A DNA stretch of 64,000 bases, taken from contig JACRML010000031.1 of assembly GCA_016214995.1 (NCBI GenBank), positions 6,453 through 70,452 of the forward strand. Direction: 5' to 3'. This DNA is from Deltaproteobacteria bacterium. Its GTDB lineage: Bacteria; Desulfobacterota; GWC2-55-46; UBA9637. Position numbers and translations under genes: made by a program. Below, in pieces: positions 35,258 to 44,239 of the stretch. The notes under the pieces are model-generated. The model worked only from the letters and a program-made list of their open reading frames with translations. It had not been told where the DNA came from and did no database searches. Position 1 is the stretch's first letter. Each line of letters starts with the position of its first letter.

Positions 35258-35286
35258 CCCCCACACCAAAATTTTTGGTGTGGGGG
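35258..35286. terminator. Perfect GC-rich hairpin between glyA and dinB
   Basis: cccccacaccaaaa-t-ttttggtgtggggg. T-rich only on the plus side (tttactt), so its role in terminating minus-strand glyA is uncertain. Confidence 0.4.
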
Positions 35287-35373
35287 TTTACTTATGACGC
35301 TGTGTATAATTAGGTAAGGAAAGTGGAGGCACGAATGTAATAAATGATATGTATAAAACTGTATTCTTAGAAT

Positions 35374-36624
35374 CTAGTCCTTCAGTTTATTCTTATAGAA
35401 TGGAAATTTTTCGCAGAGTTTCTTTACGTCAGCCTTGATGGAAGATAGTTTTGTCTCATCAGTTCTATTTTTGAGGGCATTATCTATGAAACCAGCGATT
35501 ACCTTCATTTCAGCTTCTTTCATCCCCTTTGTGGTTGCAGCAGGTGTTCCAATTCTTATGCCGCTTGTTACAAATGGGCTTCTGGTTTCAAACGGAATTG
35601 TGTTCTTGTTTACGGTAATTCCTGCCCTGACAAGGGCATCCTCTGCATCTTTTCCTGTAATATCCTTCTTGGTCAAGTCAACAAGCATGAGGTGGGTGTC
35701 TGTTCCGCCTGAAACAAGGTCATAGCCTTTGTTCATAAGCTCCGCGGCAAGGGTTTTCGCATTTGCGACAATCTGCTTTTGATATTCTTTAAAAGAAGAC
35801 TCCAGCGCTTCCTTTAAAGCCACTGCCTTCGCGGCAATCACATGCATAAGCGGGCCGCCCTGTATACCTGGAAATATCATTTTATCCACAGCCTTTGCAT
35901 AATCAGCTCGGCACATAATCATGCCGGCCCTTGGGCCTCTTAATGTCTTATGCGTTGTAGTTGTGATGAACTCCGCATAAGGCACAGGAGTTGGATGTAA
36001 TCCTGTAACAACCAAACCCACAATATGGGCGATATCCACCATTACAACAGCGCCTACCTCATCCGCAATCTCTCTGAATGCCTTGAAATCTAGGACCCTC
36101 GGATACGCGCTTGCGCCCACAACAATCATCTTCGGCTTATGCTGTTTAGCAAGGTCTCTTGCCTGGTCATAATCAATTCTATGATTGTCCTTCTTTACTC
36201 CGTAGAAAACAATATTGTAAAGCTGGCCTGAAAAATTCACAGGGCTTCCGTGTGTGAGATGTCCGCCGTGGGAGAGATTCATTCCAAGGATGGTGTCGCC
36301 GGGCTTTAAAACTGACATATACACAGCCATATTTGCCTGCGAGCCTGAATGGGGCTGGACATTCACATGGTCGCAGTTAAACAGTTTTTTAGCCCTTTCA
36401 ATGGCAAGGTTTTCTGCAATGTCAACGAACTCACATCCGCCGTAATATCTCTTGCCGGGATACCCTTCGGCATATTTGTTTGTCATCACACTGCCGAGCG
36501 CCTCAAGCACAGCCTCGCTTACAAGATTTTCAGAAGCGATAAGCTCAAGTTTATATTCCTGCCTCTCTGTTTCAAGCCGTATGGCATCGTAGATTTCAGG
36601 GTCAAAGGTTTTTAATGTGGACAT
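35374..36624 (-). CDS. glyA: Serine hydroxymethyltransferase
   Basis: [14 protein letters not shown] site [15 protein letters not shown] 36624 has a GGGGGA SD. The ORF-track GTG at 36636 is probably too long. Confidence 0.93.
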   Translation of the reverse strand: MSTLKTFDPEIYDAIRLETERQEYKLELIASENLVSEAVLEALGSVMTNKYAEGYPGKRYYGGCEFVDIAENLAIERAKKLFNCDHVNVQPHSGSQANMAVYMSVLKPGDTILGMNLSHGGHLTHGSPVNFSGQLYNIVFYGVKKDNHRIDYDQARDLAKQHKPKMIVVGASAYPRVLDFKAFREIADEVGAVVMVDIAHIVGLVVTGLHPTPVPYAEFITTTTHKTLRGPRAGMIMCRADYAKAVDKMIFPGIQGGPLMHVIAAKAVALKEALESSFKEYQKQIVANAKTLAAELMNKGYDLVSGGTDTHLMLVDLTKKDITGKDAEDALVRAGITVNKNTIPFETRSPFVTSGIRIGTPAATTKGMKEAEMKVIAGFIDNALKNRTDETKLSSIKADVKKLCEKFPFYKNKLKD

Positions 36625-36641
36625 CTGTTCCCCCACTATTT

Positions 36642-36723
36642 AGTGTCAGAGTATCAGAGAGTCAAAGAGTCAAAGTAAAAACTATGACCCACTGACTCTT
36701 TGACTCTTTGACTCTTTGATACT
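36642..36723. repeat. Repeat-array hairpin (family H, 8-nt period)
   Basis: gtcagagt atcagaga gtcaaaga gtcaaagt, a loop, then the inverted gactcttt array. The 3' arm encodes the rpiB C-terminal tail. Confidence 0.85.
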
Positions 36724-37161
36724 ATTTTCTATCTCTCGTATTTTATCTAATCTCTTCTGGTGCCTGCCGCCTTCAAATTTTGCCTCAAGCCACGTTTTTA
36801 CCATTTCCCTTGCAAGTCCTTTACCGGCAATTCTTCCGCCGATTACAAGGATATTAGCATCGTTGTGCTCTCTTGCCATTTTTGCGGAATATACATCATT
36901 TACAAGGGCAGCCCGTACATTTGAAAATTTGTTTGCAACTATTGACATGCCAATGCCTGTCCCGCAAATAAGTATTCCTTTTTCAATCTTTCCCATGGAA
37001 ACCTTTTCTGCAACAGGAATACCATAGTCGGGATAGTCAACTGATTCGCTGCCGTTTGTCCCCATGTCAAGGGTATCGACCCCTTTTTCTTTTAAAAAGG
37101 TTTTTATATCTTCTTTCAATTCCAGGCCGGCATGGTCGCTGGCGATAGCAATGGTTTCCAA
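36682..37161 (-). CDS. rpiB: Ribose-5-phosphate isomerase B
   Basis: 159 aa. IAIASDHAGLELK, ILICGTGIGMSIVANK. Confidence 0.9.
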   Translation of the reverse strand: METIAIASDHAGLELKEDIKTFLKEKGVDTLDMGTNGSESVDYPDYGIPVAEKVSMGKIEKGILICGTGIGMSIVANKFSNVRAALVNDVYSAKMAREHNDANILVIGGRIAGKGLAREMVKTWLEAKFEGGRHQKRLDKIREIENSIKESKSQRVSGS

Positions 37162-37181
37162 TCAAGCACTCCTTATTGATT

Positions 37182-37266
37182 GATTACGCAGATTACAAAA
37201 ATAGATTACACAGATAAGGCTTGGTTTATCTAATCTGTGCAATCGTATTCTAAAATCTGTGTAATC
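37182..37266. repeat. Family G element, copy G4
   Basis: gattacgcagat, gattacacagat, then atctgtgcaatc and atctgtgtaatc. The fabF TGA stop lies inside the last unit. 20 bp upstream of the rpiB start. Confidence 0.9.
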
Positions 37267-38503
37267 ATATAAATTTTTTAAACACCAATGTCGCATTGGT
37301 TCCGCCAAAACCAAAGGAGTTTGACATCGCTATATTTATTTTTCTTTCTCTTGCCTTGTTTGGCACATAGTCTAAATCGCATTCAGCATCAGGTGTTTCA
37401 TAATTTATGGTCGGCGGCATTATGCTGTTATAAATAGAAAGAACTGTTATTGCCGCTTCTATTCCTCCGGCAGCCCCGAGTAAATGCCCTGTCATACTCT
37501 TTGTAGAGCTTACCGCAAGTTTTTTTGCATGACCCTGGAAAACTTTTTTTATCGCCATAGTTTCAGCCGCATCACCTACAGGTGTTGATGTGCCGTGGGC
37601 ATTAATATAATCTATATCTTCAGAATTTATCTCAGCCGATTTTAAAGCCATATTCATACACCTTACGGCGCCTTCCCCCTCTGGTGCAGGGGTTGTCATG
37701 TGAAAGGCATCGGCAGTCATTCCATAGCCGACAACTTCAGCATAAATTCTTGCTCCACGTTTCTTGGCAGTTTTCATATCTTCAAGAACCAATACCCCTG
37801 CCCCTTCGCCCAAAACAAAGCCGTCCCTGTTTTTATCAAATGGGCGGCTGGCTTTTTCCGGTGCATCATTTCTTGTGGAAAGAGCCTTCATGGCGCTAAA
37901 TCCTGCAACACAAAGCGGTGTTATTACAGACTCTGTCCCCCCTGCGATCATTATATCCGCATCTCCCCTCTCTATAATTTTAAATGCGTCTCCTATTGAA
38001 TTATTACCTGTAGCGCATGCAGTTACTGCGCTGCTATTTGGGCCTTTTGCTCCAAGTTGTATAGAAACCTGACCGGAGGCAAGGTTTATAATGACCATTG
38101 GTATAAAGAATGGTGTTATTCTGTTAGGGCCTTTTTCATTTAAGATGTTATGCCAGTGTTCTATAGCAGGGAGGCCGCCTATGCCTGAGCCTATATAAAC
38201 ACCGACCCTTTCTGCATTTTCTGACGTTACCTCTAATCCCGCATCTTTTGCAGCCATGATGCTTGCTGCCACTGCATAATGGATAAAGGTGTCCATCTTT
38301 TTAATCTCTTTTTTTGCTATAAATTCCTCTGGATTAAAGTCAGGAACCTCGCCTGCTATCTTGACAGAATAGCTTGCAGCATCAAACCTGGTAATCCGCC
38401 TTATGCCGGATTTACCTTCAACAATTCCTTTCCAGTTTTTTTCTATACCGGTTCCAAGCGGGCTGATAATACCGATTCCGGTGACAACAATGCGTCTTTT
38501 CAT
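37265..38503 (-). CDS. fabF: Beta-ketoacyl-ACP synthase II
   Basis: 412 aa. [15 protein letters not shown], active-site Cys in [26 protein letters not shown]. Confidence 0.95.
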   Translation of the reverse strand: MKRRIVVTGIGIISPLGTGIEKNWKGIVEGKSGIRRITRFDAASYSVKIAGEVPDFNPEEFIAKKEIKKMDTFIHYAVAASIMAAKDAGLEVTSENAERVGVYIGSGIGGLPAIEHWHNILNEKGPNRITPFFIPMVIINLASGQVSIQLGAKGPNSSAVTACATGNNSIGDAFKIIERGDADIMIAGGTESVITPLCVAGFSAMKALSTRNDAPEKASRPFDKNRDGFVLGEGAGVLVLEDMKTAKKRGARIYAEVVGYGMTADAFHMTTPAPEGEGAVRCMNMALKSAEINSEDIDYINAHGTSTPVGDAAETMAIKKVFQGHAKKLAVSSTKSMTGHLLGAAGGIEAAITVLSIYNSIMPPTINYETPDAECDLDYVPNKARERKINIAMSNSFGFGGTNATLVFKKFI

Positions 38504-38525
38504 ATTACCTTTCTCGAAAAAAATT

Positions 38526-38569
38526 AGAGACTAGGTTTGCGGATAGCTTTTTACCAACCTCTAGTCTCT
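38526..38569. repeat. Short intergenic hairpin (acpP-fabF junction)
   Basis: agagactaggtttg / caacctctagtctct imperfect inverted repeat. Confidence 0.6.
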
Positions 38570-38592
38570 GGCCTATAGTCGCTTTTAAAAAA

Positions 38593-38829
38593 CTACTTTG
38601 CCGCTTTCTTATTTATATAATCAACAGCATCCTTGACGGTCTTTATTTTTTCAGCATCCTCATCAGGTATCTCTATGTTGAATTCCTCTTCAAATGCCAT
38701 CACCATCTCTACAGTATCAAGCGAGTCTGCTCCCAGGTCGTCAACAAAAGATGCCTCTGACTTTACCTCCTCCTCGGTCACACCCAGTTGATCAACTATA
38801 ATTTTTTTAACCTTATTTTCTACAATCAT
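38593..38829 (-). CDS. acpP: Acyl carrier protein
   Basis: 78 aa with the [11 protein letters not shown] phosphopantetheine site. Confidence 0.97.
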   Translation of the reverse strand: MIVENKVKKIIVDQLGVTEEEVKSEASFVDDLGADSLDTVEMVMAFEEEFNIEIPDEDAEKIKTVKDAVDYINKKAAK

Positions 38830-38912
38830 TTTAAACCTCCTTGTTTTTGTTAATTTTTACAAAGTGTATCCTCTATATCATTTAATTAAATAACTTGTCA
38901 AAGGGTAATGCG

Positions 38913-38995
38913 GGTTAAGGTTCAGGTTCAGGTTGAGAAAAACTTTTTTGGTCTTCGTTTTCCACTCAACTCCAACCTTAACCTCAACCTCAACC
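38913..38995. repeat. Hexamer-array hairpin (family H, aggttN units)
   Basis: ggttaaggttcaggttcaggttgag ... ctcaactccaaccttaacctcaacctcaacc. The same unit family occurs at 59753. Confidence 0.85.
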
Positions 38996-39002
38996 TGTCT
39001 TT

Positions 39003-39743
39003 TTACATATACATCCCGCCATTTATATTTAGAACTTGTCCTGTAATATAGTTGGCAGCATCTGAGACCAAAAAGAGTACGCTCTCAGCTACATCTTCAG
39101 GCATTCCAATTCTGGCCAGGGGTATTTGCTTTGCCAGTTCCTCTCTTACCTTTTCAGAAAGGGCCTGTGTCATTGCTGTCTCTATAAAACCAGGGGCAAT
39201 TGCATTGCAGGTAATGTTTCTTGATGCAAATTCTCGTGCCACTGTTTTTGCAAGGGCAATAACGGCTGCCTTGCTGGCAGAATAGTTTGCCTGGCCTGCG
39301 TTGCCCATCTCTCCAACAATGGATGCAATATTTACAATACGCCCGTATCTCTGCTTTGCCATATACTTCACAGCGGCCTTTGTGCAGTTAAAAACACCTT
39401 TTAGATTTACAGCAATTACAGCGTCCCAGTCTTCCTCTTTCATCCTCAGGATAAGGGCGTCTCTTGTAATTCCGGCGTTGTTGACCAATATATGGATTGC
39501 CCCAAGCTTGGCAACTGTTTCGTCCACCATGGCCTCCGCCTCCTTAAGGTTTGCCACGTTTGCTTTCAGCGCTACTGCCCTTCTGCCAAGGTTCTCTATT
39601 TCTTTGGCAGTTTCCTGTGCCTTTTCAAGGTTCATATCAACGATAACTAAATCAGCGCCGCTATTTGCAAGCCTTAAGGCTATGGCTTTTCCTATGCCCT
39701 GTGCGGCGCCTGTAACAAGGGCAACCTTATCCTTGAGAATCAT
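39003..39743 (-). CDS. fabG: 3-oxoacyl-ACP reductase
   Basis: 246 aa SDR. TGAAQGIGKAIA and YSASKAA. Confidence 0.93.
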   Translation of the reverse strand: MILKDKVALVTGAAQGIGKAIALRLANSGADLVIVDMNLEKAQETAKEIENLGRRAVALKANVANLKEAEAMVDETVAKLGAIHILVNNAGITRDALILRMKEEDWDAVIAVNLKGVFNCTKAAVKYMAKQRYGRIVNIASIVGEMGNAGQANYSASKAAVIALAKTVAREFASRNITCNAIAPGFIETAMTQALSEKVREELAKQIPLARIGMPEDVAESVLFLVSDAANYITGQVLNINGGMYM

Positions 39744-39763
39744 AAAACCTCCTGTAAAAACTG

Positions 39764-40768
39764 TTAAATGTGAACTGTAAACTGTTTTAAGTCTTCCGGC
39801 TTCTCTATGTTTATTGTCTTTATACTGCTGTCTATCCTTTTTACAAGGCCTGTCAGTACTCTGCCGGGTCCGATTTCTATAATGGCTTCTACACCTTCCT
39901 GTCTCATCCTTTTAATAGACTCAACCCATCTGACAGGGCTGTAAAGTTGTTTTTCAAGAAGCTCCTTGACTCGCGTTTCTTCTAATAAAGGTTCTGCCTC
40001 CACATTTGTAATTACAGGGGTATTAAGCGGCTTAACTTTTATGCCGTTCAGCTCTTTTGCAAGTTTTTCGGCTGCGGGCTTCATAAGCGGAGAATGAGAA
40101 GGGACGCTTACCGGTAAAGGTATGACCCTTTTTGCCTTTCTATCCTTTGCAAGATTAGAGGCTCTTTCTACCGCCTCTTTATGGCCGGATATGACGGTCT
40201 GCTCGGGGGTATTAAAATTTGCAGGGACAACAATACTTTTTTCTGTGCTGGTTTCTCTGCAAATACCCTCTACGATTTCTCTTGTAAGTCCAAGTATGGC
40301 TGCCATAGCGCCAATACCTTGCGGTACAGCGTCCTGCATAAATCTTCCCCTCATGTTAACCAATCTAACCGCATCCTTAAAATCCAATGCGCCGCTGGCA
40401 ACCAAGGCAGTATACTCTCCAAGGCTGTGGCCTGCCAGCAACTTGGGTTTTATAGAAACTTCCTGCTCCAGACATTTAAGCGCCGCTACACTTGCGGTTA
40501 ATAAGGCAGGCTGGGTATTCTGCGTCCGATTAAGCTCTTCAATCGGGCCTTGAAAACAGAGCTTTGCCATATCAAGATGCAGTGTATCGCTGGCTTCTCG
40601 AAAAATCTTCTTTGCATCGGCATATCTATCGTAAAATTCCTTTGCCATGCCAAGACATTGGGAACCTTGGCCAGGGAAGATAAAAGCAATTTGTGAGGCA
40701 AGAGGCAAGAGGCAAGAGGCAAGATTTTTTTCTTGCTCCTTGCTTCTGACTTCTGACTTCTGACTCAT
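39764..40768 (-). CDS. fabD: Malonyl-CoA-ACP transacylase (start uncertain)
   Basis: IAFIFPGQGSQ, GHSLGEY. The 26 codons before IAFIFPGQGSQ are repeat-hairpin sequence. An internal TTG (giving MPLASQIAF) is an alternative start. Confidence 0.88.
   Translation of the reverse strand: MSQKSEVRSKEQEKNLASCLLPLASQIAFIFPGQGSQCLGMAKEFYDRYADAKKIFREASDTLHLDMAKLCFQGPIEELNRTQNTQPALLTASVAALKCLEQEVSIKPKLLAGHSLGEYTALVASGALDFKDAVRLVNMRGRFMQDAVPQGIGAMAAILGLTREIVEGICRETSTEKSIVVPANFNTPEQTVISGHKEAVERASNLAKDRKAKRVIPLPVSVPSHSPLMKPAAEKLAKELNGIKVKPLNTPVITNVEAEPLLEETRVKELLEKQLYSPVRWVESIKRMRQEGVEAIIEIGPGRVLTGLVKRIDSSIKTINIEKPEDLKQFTVHI
40695..40764. repeat. Heptamer-array hairpin (gaggcaa / ttctgac units) at the fabD 5' end
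   Basis: gaggcaa x4, loop ttttttt, then tcttgctccttgcttctgacttctgacttctgac. Confidence 0.85.
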
Positions 40769-40769
40769 C

Positions 40770-41744
40770 TCACCACCTCACCACTGCCGATGCCCATGTA
40801 AATCCGCCGCCAAAGGCAACAAAAAGTATAATATCGCCCTTTTTTATAACCCCTTTTTTAACCGCCTCATCAAGGGCAAGCGGGATAGAGCCGGCAGATG
40901 TATTGCCATATTTATCAAGGTTTATGTAAATCTTTTCTTCCGGCAGCCCCAATCTTTCTGCAGTAGCCTTTATTATGCGCATATTTGCCTGATGCGGAAT
41001 TAAAAGTGAGACATCCTCAACCTTCAACCCATTATGGTCTAATGCCTCCTGACATACTTCTCCCATTGTTCTGACTGCAACCTTGAATGTTTCATTGCCT
41101 TGCATTCTTAAAAAGGAATTTTCCAGAGGCTTATTGTGGAAAGGGCTTGAGGCTATGCAAAGAGGGGTATACAGCATTTTCCAGTAATGGCCATCAGCAT
41201 GGATGTGAGTTGAGAGTATGCCGCTCTTGCCTTTTTCACCGGAGAGTACAACAGCGCCGGCGCCATCTCCAAACAGAACGCATGTATTTCTGTCCTTCCA
41301 GTCAACAATATGAGAAAACAGGTCTACCCCTATGACCAGAGCCTTCTTGTTTACCCCTGCTCGTATATATTTGTCTGCTATATCTAACGCATAGAGGAAG
41401 CCGGAACATGCTGCGGATATATCAAAAGCAGGTATCCCTCTGTTGGCGCCAATGTGAGCCTGCACAAAACAGGCAGTGGACGGGAACAACATCTCTGGCG
41501 TGACTGTACCCACAATAATCAGGTCTATTTCTTTGGGGGAAATGCCTGCCGCCTTAAGGGCATTTTTCGCGGTTTTTGTGGCAATCTCATTTGTAGTTTC
41601 ATGATCTGCAATCCTTCTTTCCTTTATGCCTGTTCTGGAGGTAATCCACTCATCGCTGGTATCCACCATACGTTCAAGGTCCTGATTTTTAATGACCCTT
41701 GGCGGCACATAAGAACCTGTTCCGATTATGCTGGCTCTCATCAT
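40770..41744 (-). CDS. fabH: Beta-ketoacyl-ACP synthase III
   Basis: 324 aa. IIGTGSYVP, active-site Cys in DISAACSGF, PHQANMRI, GNTSAGSIP. Confidence 0.95.
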   Translation of the reverse strand: MMRASIIGTGSYVPPRVIKNQDLERMVDTSDEWITSRTGIKERRIADHETTNEIATKTAKNALKAAGISPKEIDLIIVGTVTPEMLFPSTACFVQAHIGANRGIPAFDISAACSGFLYALDIADKYIRAGVNKKALVIGVDLFSHIVDWKDRNTCVLFGDGAGAVVLSGEKGKSGILSTHIHADGHYWKMLYTPLCIASSPFHNKPLENSFLRMQGNETFKVAVRTMGEVCQEALDHNGLKVEDVSLLIPHQANMRIIKATAERLGLPEEKIYINLDKYGNTSAGSIPLALDEAVKKGVIKKGDIILFVAFGGGFTWASAVVRW

Positions 41745-41753
41745 TTACAATTA

Positions 41754-42788
41754 CTAGCCTTCTTCTCCCACAGAATGCATGGACGCCTGTCTTCCGAGCT
41801 TCTGAAGAATCTGACTTTTTTCAAGTTCTTCTAATAGATGGCGGTTAATCTTGTTTCTGGCGCATTCAGACGCAACCTTTATGGCATTTTTTATTGCTTT
41901 GGCATCAGATGCACCGTGGCTTATTATACCGATGCCATCTATGCCGAGAAGCGGTGCCCCGCCATATTCTGCATAGTCCACCTTCTTTTTTACTTTTTCA
42001 AGTGCGCTTTTAGCAAGCAGATATCCGAACTTGGCAGAAAGACTTGCCATGATTTCTTTTTTAAGCATTGATGTAAGGGCCTCGGCTACGCCTTCGGTCA
42101 CCTTAAGCACCACATTCCCCACAAATCCGTCGCACACTACTACATTCAAATCCCCTGAAAATATATCTCTGCCTTCTACATAACCAATATAGTTAAGATA
42201 ATTAAAAGAACTATCTTTTAATATCTCATGGGTTTCTCTTGTAAGTTCATTACCCTTGCCTTCTTCTTCGCCGTTTGAAAGGAGGCCAATCTTGGGGTTA
42301 TTTTTCTTGAGTATATACTTGGCATAAACAGAGCCCATAAGTGCAAATTGAACCAGATGTATGGGCTTGCAGTCAACATTTCCACCAGCATCCAATACTA
42401 TGACAGGTTCTTTCTTGGTAGGCAGGATAACTGCAATGGCAGGGCGGTCAACACCTTTTAAATTCCTAAGCACAAATATGCCGGCAGCCATTGCAGCCCC
42501 TGAATTGCCTGCGCTTACAACAGCATTGGCTTCTCCGTTCTTGACCAGGTCAAAGCAGACCCTGATAGATGAATCCTTCTTTTTTCTCATTGCCTGGCCA
42601 GGGGATTCATCCATGCCGACAACTTGAGAGGTATGTTTAATAGATATGGGAAGGCCTTGCCATTTATGCTTGACAAGTTCATCCTCAATTCTGGTTTTAT
42701 CACCAACCAGTATTAAGGGGATATCAAGTTCTCTGGCAGCCCACACTGCACCTTCTACTACAACAGAAGGGGCGTAATCTCCACCCAT
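41754..42788 (-). CDS. plsX: Phosphate acyltransferase PlsX (N-terminus probably extends to about 42809)
   Basis: MGGDYAP..., GFVGNVVLK. The conserved KIAVDA segment is encoded in frame upstream of the first ATG with no canonical start. Confidence 0.9.
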   Translation of the reverse strand: MGGDYAPSVVVEGAVWAARELDIPLILVGDKTRIEDELVKHKWQGLPISIKHTSQVVGMDESPGQAMRKKKDSSIRVCFDLVKNGEANAVVSAGNSGAAMAAGIFVLRNLKGVDRPAIAVILPTKKEPVIVLDAGGNVDCKPIHLVQFALMGSVYAKYILKKNNPKIGLLSNGEEEGKGNELTRETHEILKDSSFNYLNYIGYVEGRDIFSGDLNVVVCDGFVGNVVLKVTEGVAEALTSMLKKEIMASLSAKFGYLLAKSALEKVKKKVDYAEYGGAPLLGIDGIGIISHGASDAKAIKNAIKVASECARNKINRHLLEELEKSQILQKLGRQASMHSVGEEG

Positions 42789-42811
42789 TGCATCAACAGC
42801 TATCTTCAGCG

Positions 42812-42903
42812 GTTATCAGTTACCAGTTGACAGTTATCAGTTGACAGTTACCAGTTTTTGTCTTTCACTGATAGCTGTTCACTGCTCACTGTTCACTGAT
42901 AAC
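42812..42903. repeat. Heptamer-array hairpin (NNNcagt units) between rpmF and plsX
   Basis: gttatcagt taccagt tgacagt tatcagt tgacagt taccag, a loop, then the inverted actg arrays. The outer 9 bp are perfect. Confidence 0.85.
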
Positions 42904-43082
42904 TACTCCTTGCTTTTTATGACCTCTCTGCCTTTATATGTGCCGCAGTTGGGGCAGATGTGATGAGGAGCCTTGGGTTCCCCGCATTGAGGGCATAGTG
43001 AAATAGCAGGCTTTGACAGTGCATCATGGCTTCTGCGGTTATTCCTTCTTGTTCTGGAATGTCTCTTTTTAGGATTTGGCAT
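42903..43082 (-). CDS. rpmF: 50S ribosomal protein L32
   Basis: MPNPKKRHSRTRRNNRRSH... with CPQC...CPNC. Start at the second ATG. Confidence 0.93.
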   Translation of the reverse strand: MPNPKKRHSRTRRNNRRSHDALSKPAISLCPQCGEPKAPHHICPNCGTYKGREVIKSKE

Positions 43083-43102
43083 CTTTTCCTCCTTTAACAA
43101 CT

Positions 43103-43253
43103 GATTACATAGATTTTAGAATACGATTCCACAGAAATGTCATTCCGAGCGAAGTGAGGAATCTCGGTTTGAGATTCTTCAGACTTTGCCCTCAGAATGA
43201 CAGCAACAGCAATACCGCCATCTGTGTAATCTCGTCTTTATAATCTGTGAAAT
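43103..43253. repeat. Family G element, copy G5, with a nested gaatgaca palindromic module
   Basis: gattacatagat, gattccacaga, then the insert tgtcattccgagcgaagtgaggaatctcgg..ccctcagaatgaca, then atctgtgtaatc and atctgtgaaatc. Confidence 0.85.
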
Positions 43254-43259
43254 CATTTT

Positions 43260-43790
43260 TTATTTGAGTTTGAGTTCCTTCAGCTTGGCAAACCTTGTAT
43301 CTGTATGATCTGTCGCATGGCAGCCGCAATTTCCCTGATTTAAATCTGCACCGCACTTCGGGCAGAGCCCCTTGCAATTAGGTCCGCATACAGGCTGCAT
43401 TGGTATATCTAATGAAAGCTGCTCAAAAAGAACTGCATTTATATCTATTTCATTGCCCTTTAAATAGTTGGCGCTGGCTTCTTCTCGCGAGAGTTCCTTT
43501 TCCTTCTCTTTTAAGCCATGTTCAGGAGCAATTGAGTAGACAACGTCTATATTAGAACTTATTTTTTGCTCAAATTCTTTCAAGCATCTGGCACAACGAA
43601 GCTTAAGGATAGACGCCATACGTCCTCTTACAAACACTTCTTCATCTGATTTTAGCAGTGTAAGATTTGCAGAAACAGGCGACAGAATTAAAAAATCTAC
43701 CTTATCAGCGGCGGTCTGCAGCTCACTGCCATTTTCTGCAATATCGAGATGCAATCCCTCTTCAAGTATATCACGGATATCCACCTTCAT
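43260..43790 (-). CDS. yceD: YceD/DUF177 family protein
   Basis: 176 aa from MKVDIRD. C-terminal CxxxCxGLCxxCG..L.....C motif (CGPNCKGLCPKCGADLNQGNCGC). Canonical position upstream of rpmF. The ORF-track extension to 44075 reads through repeat A3. Confidence 0.8.
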   Translation of the reverse strand: MKVDIRDILEEGLHLDIAENGSELQTAADKVDFLILSPVSANLTLLKSDEEVFVRGRMASILKLRCARCLKEFEQKISSNIDVVYSIAPEHGLKEKEKELSREEASANYLKGNEIDINAVLFEQLSLDIPMQPVCGPNCKGLCPKCGADLNQGNCGCHATDHTDTRFAKLKELKLK

Positions 43791-43870
43791 TGTAATTTTA
43801 GAGGTTTTATAATATACAAGAACTGTGTTGTTGTTGTCAAGGATAAAGCTGTCTCCTGTTAAAGCTATTT

Positions 43871-44170
43871 CCGTACAATAGCAATTAAAAACCTCGCTAT
43901 TGTACATCTTCCCCTTGCAATCGCTTCGCAGCAAGTGGAACCAGCCGATTTGCTCGCCCCAAGCTTTGCTTGGGTGCCCCGACTTTGTTATCGGCCATTT
44001 TTGCTCCTCACCGTATCCTCCCGCTGTCCCCCTCCATGAGGGGATAAAGGGGGGAGGGCTCGTCGCAAATAACACACCCCTTTAGTCCCCCCTCTCGCGA
44101 GGGGATTTAGGGGTGTGTTGTCTGGCAGGCAGCTTGCAGGTTCCCCCAAAAATCAAAGTCTATTTTTGGG
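43871..44170 (-). repeat. Family A repeat, copy A3 (longest, with extra modules)
   Basis: Contains all A modules plus cctcccgctgtccccctccatgaggggataaaggggggagg (44017-44057). That module is the one found in frame inside queC. Confidence 0.85.
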
Positions 44171-44239
44171 CTATTTCTTTGTCATTTTGCTTGAGTTTGT
44201 TTTTATAGTATGGTATCAAATCAGCATGAATCATATTAT

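Noticed and set aside
35230-35320. Direct repeats (tgacgctctgtaatgtgta / tgacgctgtgtataat) flanking the GC hairpin, as target-site duplications of a mini-insertion
   Set aside because: The match is short and imperfect with only one locus, so there is not enough to call a mobile element.
43791-44075. N-terminal 95-codon extension of the yceD ORF
   Set aside because: The extension is a read-through of family A repeat modules; the same peptide-like text (QIGWFHLLRSDCKGKM) appears wherever the repeat occurs. The DUF177 protein is complete from MKVDIRD.
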